A stretch of 29,766 bases of DNA. It comes from Octopus sinensis. Lineage: Eukaryota. Positions 22,140 through 29,766 of this stretch are shown here, piece by piece. The first letter of the stretch is position 1. Each line of letters opens with the position of its first letter. The translations under genes and the position numbers were made by a program. The stretch lies in NCBI RefSeq assembly GCF_006345805.1, contig NW_021832682.1, positions 1 to 29,766 on the forward strand, read 5' to 3'. The notes under the pieces were generated by a model. That model was not told the DNA's origin and made no database searches. It was given only the letters and a program-made list of their open reading frames with translations.

Positions 22140-23100
22140 CTTGATGCAATCATTTGCCTGGACACATCCAGCGCCCGAGGGAAAATGAAGGTTAAGGGAT
22201 GCTTAAATATAACTCAGAGCTTGGGTGGCGGGAAGCGGTGGGGGGGGGCAATACTGAAATACAACCATATAATACAACCCACTCATTTAAACCGATAAAA
22301 TTTTTCTAAGGATGTAGGCGGTACTTGTCAACACAATCTTTAAAAAATTTTGAAATGTGGTTCTCCTGGGATGTCTAGATGTTTCTGACATCCCTTTTTA
22401 GTTTATCATACCAAGAACACCTATAATAAGAGGAACAGTCTTTGTTTTAAGATGTCACATCTTTTGTATTTCAATTTCCAGGTCCTTATATTTACTTTGT
22501 CAAATTCCTTTGCAGATATATTTTTATCAATGGGGACACTTACATATATTTTCATCCCCGTCTCTAATAATTATGTCTGGTCGTTTAGCCTGGATTGTTC
22601 TATCAGTGTAGACAAGGAAATCTCAGAAGATGGTGACTTTTTTATCTCAGCCACTGGCTCAAGATGGTGTTCATAGCAGTTAGCGTCTGTATCGATTTAT
22701 TCGTGCTTTTATATTTTCCAATGTAAATACTGTCCTACCCTCTCGTGGAGGTTTTATACTTGTTTGGTGTTAGTACAGGACAGCAGCCAAAAAAAAGATG
22801 GTGTATTGTTTCATCACATGTGTTTCAGAATCTGCATTTTGTGTCAGCACCGTTTTTAAGAACATTAGCCTAAACTCCCCACTCACTGATGCTTTGTTTA
22901 CATCAGGATTTTGACTTCGAAGAATATATTGTTCATGCAGGCACTTTTGGTTCCATCGCTCCTCAATTTGTTTCTACCCTTTCCTTTTTTTAGCAATCTG
23001 TTTGGTTTATTTTGCTTGCTTGGTAGCAGTGGTTTCAGGTTCTTCATCTAATTCAGGGTTAACGTCAAATGCCTTGCGAATTTATAAACTAGATAGCCTT
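22140..23100 (-). mobile_element. RLE-clade LINE, thumb-to-3' end fragment, decayed
   Basis: ERWNQKCLHEQY, TKCRF*NTCDETIHHL (CCHC remnant), HERVGQYLHWKI, DRTIQAKRPDIII, KYKDLEIEIQKM, VPLIIGVLG, KIVLTSTAYILRKILSV-stop. Confidence 0.9.
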
Positions 23101-23185
23101 GGCCTGAAGAACAGCCGACGGTATACACCTCGTTTGGATTTTTTACCACTTCTGAGGTTCCGCTCGTTATGAAACATATGTAGCC
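23101..23185 (+). ncRNA. Type-I hammerhead-like motif with intact core and 60-nt stem II domain
   Basis: GGC-CTGAAGA-(60 nt, inner ACCTC/GAGGT)-GAAA-CATATG-TA-GCC; palindrome ACATATGT; GUA site. Confidence 0.65.
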
Positions 23186-23426
23186 CGGATCTTTCCTATT
23201 CAGGTCCGTAACTCTTGTGTTCTTATTCGCACACCCGGCAACCCTGGTCGCCTACCGTGAAATATAGAAAGAACTTTTTTCAGCTTATCGTACTTCGATA
23301 CAAAAAAAAAATCCACAACCTTCCGTCTCAATAAACCTCTATTGTCCCTGGAAGTTATTTTAATATTTACTACGGATTACTTGAAGCTAACTTTCTTCCT
23401 ACACCTCGATCCCTAGATCTTACATT

Positions 23427-23427
<1 letters not shown>

Positions 23428-23463
<36 letters not shown>

Positions 23464-23478
23464 GCGTGTGTGTGTGTG

Positions 23479-23524
<46 letters not shown>
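23428..23524. repeat. (TG)n microsatellite
   Basis: Direct tandem repeat. Confidence 0.95.
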
Positions 23525-23526
<2 letters not shown>

Positions 23527-23664
23527 TTTTTATATACTAACATAAAGTATGTTCATTATGTTCATAACTAACCAACTACATCTAATATGACTAAAAAGTA
23601 CCGAAATTTGGCACTCAAAAACTTAGAGGAAATATTAATAACGTCAAATCAGGAAATGAAAACA

Positions 23665-24110
23665 TTAAGGTGCATGTTATTAAGTATCAACAGTTTTCTT
23701 GTTTTCCTGCCTATGCGTTTCAGTTCTGTAGGATTCCGATCAATAATATTAAAACTATCCTGGACGACTAGAATTGCCAGGGTGTCAATGGCTTCGACGC
23801 AATTTTTAGAGTTAAGTTAAGTCTTCAGTACAAGTCTTATTCTCTCATAATACTCCTTTCTTATGTTTTTCCCTTCATAGTGGCATCATTTATGCCATCT
23901 CCTTCGTTTATTCCCAGATATTTATAAGTTTCTTGTGGGTCAAGTTTCTTGATGGTAGAGTTGATATCTAATTTAATGGATGCTGTTTATCTGAACTTGC
24001 CTCTTGCAAAAGTTGCTTTAGTACCTTTATTCAGGTACATCCTGATGACATCCTGATGTCTTTGTTAAACTCCTTAACGGTTGCTATCAGTTTCTAGCAG
24101 CTCTCCACAA
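23665..24110 (-). mobile_element. Non-LTR reverse transcriptase C-terminal fragment
   Basis: TVKEFNKDIRM..LNKGTKATF..QETYKYLGINE..RKEYYERIRLVLKT*LNSKNCVEAIDTLA..RKTRKLL..NMH; YKYLG is an RT motif. Confidence 0.9.
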
Positions 24111-24119
24111 TTATTACAA

Positions 24120-24153
24120 TTACATACATACATACGCACATACATACATACAT

Positions 24154-24208
<55 letters not shown>

Positions 24209-24277
24209 TACATACATACATACATACATACATACATACATAAACGTATGCATTCATGCACACATACATACATACAG
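24120..24277. repeat. (CATA)n/(CA)n microsatellite
   Basis: Direct tandem repeat. Confidence 0.95.
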
Positions 24278-25967
24278 ACAGCCTTCTTTTTTCTGTCGAG
24301 GAGCTTATATGCCCCTCTTTAGGCTATTTTCTTTAGTCATTGCACGGTGATCGCCATAAGCTTTAAGCTAATATAAATACTATTATTATTATTTATAGGA
24401 TTGTAAAAGACGGCACCGTATATCAAAACCATTCGCACCGAAAGCACATACAAAGCTTGTTTACATAAAACAAACACGAACTAATATTAGACAGAAATTC
24501 TGATATGAAGACTTTTATTTGTGTACGTTTATATAAATCTCCGTTTAGTCATAATTTTAAGAAATATAAATATAAGTGATCTTGAAGTTAATTTTTACAC
24601 GGCTATTTTACATCTAGGTTGTTGACATATTCCAAAACAGCTTAAAATTGCAGTTACAGTTTTCAAAAACTGATATTTTCAAGAGATGTAGCATGCTTGC
24701 TCTTAAATCCAGAATACAAATCCTGATAAGTATATAGAGTTGTTGAGAAACCGGTTGTTCTTAATATTTCTTTATATTTTAGAAAATTTGCCACGAATTT
24801 CTTTTCTCAATCATTTTTATGCTCAACGCCAGTTCTAAATTGAAACTGCAGAAGAAGAGCCATCGAAGTTAAACAAATTTAATTCAATCCCAATTGGTTT
24901 TGCTCCATTGCGAAATGCTAAGTTCGTAAAACATTACATATACTATATAAAAACAATTCATACCGTGCAGGTATGTTTCTATAAATTAAATTTTACTGCC
25001 ATAAAATGCTTGCAATTTTCCTTCGATTTCTAATATAATAAAGTGGGGTTTTTTTAGGGCTCGCACTATTGCCTACATGCAAAATGTTATTTGTTTTTAA
25101 TTATGTATAAAGTATAACTTATTTAAGGCATTGAACTTAAATGAAGAAACTCGGTGAGTGTCCAGCAACACAAAAGGATTGTCGCAACATGCTGAGTGAA
25201 TCGAGCAGGTGTGTCAAAACCATTGAACAAACATAAAATGAAAAACACTGTAAGATCTACACAAAGGATGAATGTCGTTGAAAAGTGTGGGTGAAACAAA
25301 CGCAAGATGTGGTCTTAAAAATAAAACTAAATATAAAAGGTTAAATGAAAACCTATTCAAAATAGAGAACAGAGTACAAAGGTACCTTGAAATACGTCGA
25401 TGTATGTTTTTCAAGCATAAGTGGGTGTTTGTTAGAAAAGGAACAGGAATTAAAGAAATAGGTCAAAGATTGAGTGTCGTTCCATCAACCAACATCACCC
25501 TCAACGAGAAGAATGAAATGCGTGGGCAAAGAACTATTTCGGGTGGATTTGCAAAGAAATATTTCGGGTGGATTTGCAATATGGGTATAAAACTTTATTT
25601 CGATAATGAGTCACGATTTAAAATCAAAGGTGTGTGGCCATTATACATAACAACTATAACTTACCCTCACCTGTCTTCATCTTCGGATGGGACGGGCCTA
25701 AATGGATATAAAGAAATGAGTCTCGTTCAGTGCAGTTAAACTACAACAATCAGTTATTAAACTTTCAGACACATCCATCAATGGGTGATCATTCTTATTT
25801 CTGCAATACATTTCTCTTGGCAGCGCAAATTAATTCATGTACCCTCAAAAGTCGAACTCAGAAATGGAAGGGCTTGAAATCATGGTCCCTGATTTTGAAG
25901 TCCAATACCTAATTCACTCGTTCATTTCGTCATTAGAAAAGATAGAAACATAAATCTCTTTTTGTCG

Positions 25968-26646
25968 TTTATCTTTCACTTGTTTCAGTCATTAGATTGC
26001 GGCCATGCTGGGGCGCCGCCTTGAAGAATTTTAGTCGAACGAATCGGTTCCAGTACTTATTTTTTAAAGCCAAGTACTTATTTTATATGTCTATCTTGCC
26101 GAACCGCTATCTTACAGGGACGTAAACACCGGTTGTCAAACAGCTGTGGAAAACACACACACACACACACGGACGGACGGACTTCTTTCAGTTTCCGTCT
26201 ACTAAGTCCACTCACAACGCATTGATCGGACTTAAACCATAGTAGAAGACACATGCACAAGGTGCCACGCAGTGGGAGTGAACCCAGAACCATGTGGCTG
26301 GGGAGCAAACTTCTTTATTTCATATAATTTGCCACAAGGGCATCACACAGATGGAAGCTTTGCGGGCTGGACTTGGACATTAATGGTATGAATGATGGTG
26401 ATGCAAAAATGATGATGATGGGAGAAGACGAAAAGCGCCCGCCGACTTTCGCTTCTCTAAAACAATGTTCTTTTTTCCTTTTTCCCCCAAAACACAATGA
26501 GGTAATAAACCTCTTACTTAAACAACACAATGTTCAGAATTATTTTTTCTTTTTTAAAACACACAATAAGTCACATGTTTCACATTTTCTAGACTCGTTC
26601 AGGTTATCCGGAGCAAACTTCTTACTATACAGCCACGCCTGCGCCT
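25968..26646 (-). mobile_element. SINE family B, full length, interrupted in its tRNA head
   Basis: Body 25968-26315; the head resumes at 26624-26646 (ACTATACAGCCACGCCTGCGCCT). Confidence 0.85.
26316..26609 (-). mobile_element. 294-bp retroposed insertion with 14-bp TSD
   Basis: GGAGCAAACTTCTT at 26302-26315 and 26610-26623; minus-strand end CCCTTGTGGCAAATTATATGAAATA resembles SINE A tail type 2. Confidence 0.8.
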
Positions 26647-26772
26647 CTTGACAAAGTTTGCCATCTATCATAGTCATACTATTTTGTGTAGGGTAGATTG
26701 TTGGTCTTGAAATATTTGTGAAATCAGTACGAATGCAATAAAGGAATTCCGATATTTTATCTCTTATATAGA

Positions 26773-26935
26773 CGCAGGCTTGTCTGTGTGGTAAGAAGTT
26801 TTCTTCCCAGCCCCATGGTTCCATGTTCAATTTCACTGCATTGCACCATGCGCAAGTTTATTCTGCTATATCTCCGGGTCGAGCAAAGTCTTGTTGTGAA
26901 TTTGGTGATGGGAAACTGAAAGAAACCAGTAGTAT
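26773..26935 (+). mobile_element. SINE family B head
   Basis: GCAGGCTTGTCTGTGTGGTAAGAAG...GGAAACTGAAAGAAACC. Confidence 0.75.
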
Positions 26936-26942
26936 ATACATA

Positions 26943-26977
<35 letters not shown>

Positions 26978-27030
26978 ATATATATATATAATATATATAT
27001 ATATATATTATATATATATATATATATATA

Positions 27031-27255
27031 TTTCTTTATACTCACAAGGGCTAAACATAGAAGGGACAAACAAGGACAGACAAAGGGATAAGTCGATTAC
27101 ATCGACCCCAGTGCGAAAGTGGTACTTATTATTCGACCACTAAAGGATGAAAGGCAAAGTCTCCTCGGCGGAATTTGAACTCAGAACGCAACGACAGACG
27201 AAATACCGCTAAGCATTTCGCCCGGCGCGCTATCGTTTCTGCCAGCTTGCTGCCT
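27031..27255 (-). mobile_element. SINE family A, tail type 2
   Basis: Close to 14805-15036. Confidence 0.9.
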
Positions 27256-27334
27256 TATATATATATCTATATATATATATATATCTATAATTAGATATAT
27301 ATAATATACATATCAACATATATATACGTGAAAT

Positions 27335-27577
27335 TATAGAAAAACAAAAAACGAAGATAGGTGTATGAAATCAAACCAAGGTGATTAGTTTGAGACGCTC
27401 GGAAAGATGAAAATATTGGACCGCTGAAATCTACAGTTTTTTCATTCCCTCTCCGTTTATTTTCTCTTATTTCTTTCTGTTGAAGAGCGTAGGCTCAAAC
27501 GTAAAAGACTTTTCATTTTCCCAAGCGTGAAACTAATACGTTGTTCATACACTTGTCTTCGTCTTTGTTTTTCTATA
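27335..27577 (+). mobile_element. Inverted-repeat element with a defective hammerhead motif (27472-27508)
   Basis: Arms TATAGAAAAACAAAAAACGAAGATAGGTGTATGAA and TTCATACACTTGTCTTCGTCTTTGTTTTTCTATA; motif TCTTT-CTGTTGA-A-GAGC(GTAG)GCTC-AAA-CGT-A-AAAGA. Confidence 0.65.
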
Positions 27578-27613
27578 AAACTACAATATAATATATATAT
27601 ATATATAGATATC

Positions 27614-27647
<34 letters not shown>

Positions 27648-27713
27648 GTGTGTGTGTATGTATGTATGTATGTATGATGTATGTATGTATATGTGATGTA
27701 TATATATATAATA

Positions 27714-27823
<110 letters not shown>

Positions 27824-27849
27824 TCAGTATGTGACCTCGTGAAGACCAC

Positions 27850-28024
27850 TTGCTTTTTTGTCCCTCTGTCCTCCTACCTCGGATCTTTCTTTCTCCTATG
27901 TTTCCGACGAAGAGCTCCGCTCGAAACGTCATACCCTCCTTCTTCCCTTCTTTCCTGAGCGCCCCAATAAACTTTATTTGTTCCACATCCCTCGCGTTTT
28001 GTCTTTTGTTTCTTGTTTGGATTA

Positions 28025-28029
<5 letters not shown>
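27850..28029 (+). mobile_element. Short Penelope-like terminal-repeat element, copy 3
   Basis: Diverged relative of 4293-4483 and 7507-7698. Confidence 0.7.
27900..27934 (+). ncRNA. Minimal type-I hammerhead-like motif (U4C, GUC site)
   Basis: GTTT-CCGACGA-A-GAGC(TCC)GCTC-GAAA-CGT-C-ATAC. Confidence 0.7.
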
Positions 28030-28060
<31 letters not shown>

Positions 28061-28064
28061 ATTA

Positions 28065-28425
28065 TCCCTATTTGACAACCGGTGTCGGTTTGTTAATATC
28101 CCTATAACTTAGTGTTCAGAAAAGAAACCAATAGAATAAGTGCCAAACTTAATAGTTAATAATAAGTACTGGAATCGATGCATTTCGGCCGTTTGCGGCT
28201 TTTACAATGGCGCACAATCACAACTACAATCATGCTTGACAACTGTAGTTGGTGTATTTACATCCCTGTAACTTAGCAGTTCGGTAAGAGAGCCGATAAA
28301 ATAAGTACCAGGCTAAGAAAAACGTATTGGGGTCGATTTGTTCGACTAGACCCTTCAAGATGGTAACCTAGCATATGGCTGCAGTCTAATGACTGCAAAC
28401 AAGTTACGAAAAACAGAAAAAAAGA
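28065..28425 (+). mobile_element. Two tandem SINE family B 3' fragments
   Basis: TTGACAAC...TAACTTAG...AATAAGT block occurs twice (near 28072 and near 28236); the second continues to CAGTCTAATGACTG. Confidence 0.75.
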
Positions 28426-28589
28426 TATATACATATATTACACACACATGAATATACATACATGCATGTATGCATGCATACATACATACACACATACATA
28501 CATAGAAAGTGAGACAGCTAGAGATGGTTATACTATGGAATCACCCAGCGTTTCACTGGCTAAATTGGTTCATATTTGTTGCTAATTAA

Positions 28590-28966
28590 TCTTTTATTTC
28601 TTTCAGTCATTAAACTGCAGCGATGCTGGTGCAACGCCTTGAAGTATTTTAGTTGAACGAATCGACCCTAGTACTTAATCTTTTAAGCCTGGTACACATT
28701 TTATCGATCTCTTTTTTCCAAACTGCTAGGGTACGCGGGCGTAAACACACCAACACCGGTTGTTAAGCGGTAGTGGCAGTCACAGACACGTAGATATAAA
28801 TATATATGACAGGCTTTTTTTCAATTTCCGCCTACCAAATCCACTCACAAGGCTTTGGTCGGACCGAGGCTGATGTAAAATCACTTGCTTAAGGTGCCAT
28901 GCCGTGGGACCGACCTCAGAACCATGTGGTTGGGAAGCAAAGTTCTTACCACTCGGCTACGCCTGC
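28590..28966 (-). mobile_element. SINE family B, full length
   Basis: Minus strand GCAGGCGTAGCCGAGTGGTAAGAACTTTGCTTCCCAACCACATGG head; CORE-like TGGCACCTTAAGCAAGTG; full tail. Confidence 0.88.
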
Positions 28967-29410
28967 ACGTATGAAGACAATTTACAAGTAAAAAAAATCA
29001 CCCCCTACTGGATTATTCTGGAAAATTTATCTTCCATGCAAAAAATGAATGTGTTTTCCGGCAGGATAGAGAATCTCATATTACTAATCCAGTTCATTAT
29101 CTATTAGTCTATTGGTTAAGAGGTATGGCTACTTCCTGGAAGTGCCCACAACAGCTAACCGTTGATTCTGTTGACAATAAAATCTTTGGACGCAAATGTA
29201 GCTCTAACGCAAAGCTACATTTATGTTAGGTAATGATACGGCAGATTAAAGAACACCTTCCATATCAATTCATGTGTATATGTATAAGAGTGTATAAATA
29301 TGTATATATGTGTGCGTGTATGTGTGTGTAAATGTGTATGTCTGTGTATAAATAGGGGACTACTTTTCTTTCAAATATGTGCTATTAATGAATAGTCGCG
29401 TCTTCAATAC

Positions 29411-29414
<4 letters not shown>

Positions 29415-29462
<48 letters not shown>

Positions 29463-29630
29463 AAAACACACACACACACACATAAACACACACACATACG
29501 CACGTTGCACGTTCAAACATTTACACTTATCGCTCTATGCAGGTAACGAATATACACGCTTGTGAAATACCTTCTCAAACATACAAACATTAAACACATA
29601 ACCACTATCACCATTATGTAGATAGATATA

Positions 29631-29663
<33 letters not shown>

Positions 29664-29706
29664 ATAGATATATATATACTTAAAGAATATATATACATAT
29701 ATATAC

Positions 29707-29739
<33 letters not shown>

Positions 29740-29766
29740 CATATATATACATATATATATATATAT
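29415..29766. repeat. (CA)n and (TA)n microsatellites
   Basis: Direct tandem repeats at 29415-29497 and 29625-29766. Confidence 0.93.

Noticed and set aside
24719-24760. CTGATAA...GAAACCGGTT hammerhead-like motif
   Set aside because: G8 is mutated, there is no stem II and stem I is poor.
24783-24975. Exon ending at the CAG-GTATGT donor
   Set aside because: The open frame has a stop after the best acceptor and the peptide is unrecognisable.
25272-25739. 155-aa ORF as a real CDS
   Set aside because: No recognisable domain, and it contains a 25-bp-period local duplication (TATTTCGGGTGGATTTGCAA twice); possibly decayed TE sequence. A BLASTX or HMM search would be needed.
26565-26609. Minus-strand CTGAACGA...GAAACATGTG hammerhead-like motif in the 294-bp insert
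   Set aside because: Extra core base, no stem II and G at the cleavage position.

Overview
AT-rich, repeat-saturated eukaryotic non-coding DNA (intron or intergenic). The SINE families and the density of (TATC)/(CATA)/(TA)/(CA) microsatellites suggest an octopus-type cephalopod; this is recall-based inference, not a search result. No intact host gene is supportable: the supplied ORFs are microsatellite translations or pieces of decayed transposons. Contents: three tRNA-headed SINE families (about 20 copies or fragments, some nested with clear 14-bp target-site duplications), decayed restriction-like-endonuclease (R4/Dong-type) LINE fragments, mariner and hAT remnants, and several long foldbacks. 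The most notable signal is about ten type-I hammerhead-ribozyme-like motifs from at least six unrelated sequence contexts, probably derived from Penelope-like elements. All have a palindromic or near-palindromic stem III. Four have a greatly expanded stem II (about 50-100 nt), four carry a U4-to-C core variant, and one can be rebuilt only by combining two decayed copies 8 kb apart. There is also a five-fold E-box array at 25-26 bp spacing. Motifs were read and folded by eye; element boundaries without a TSD or TIR are approximate.
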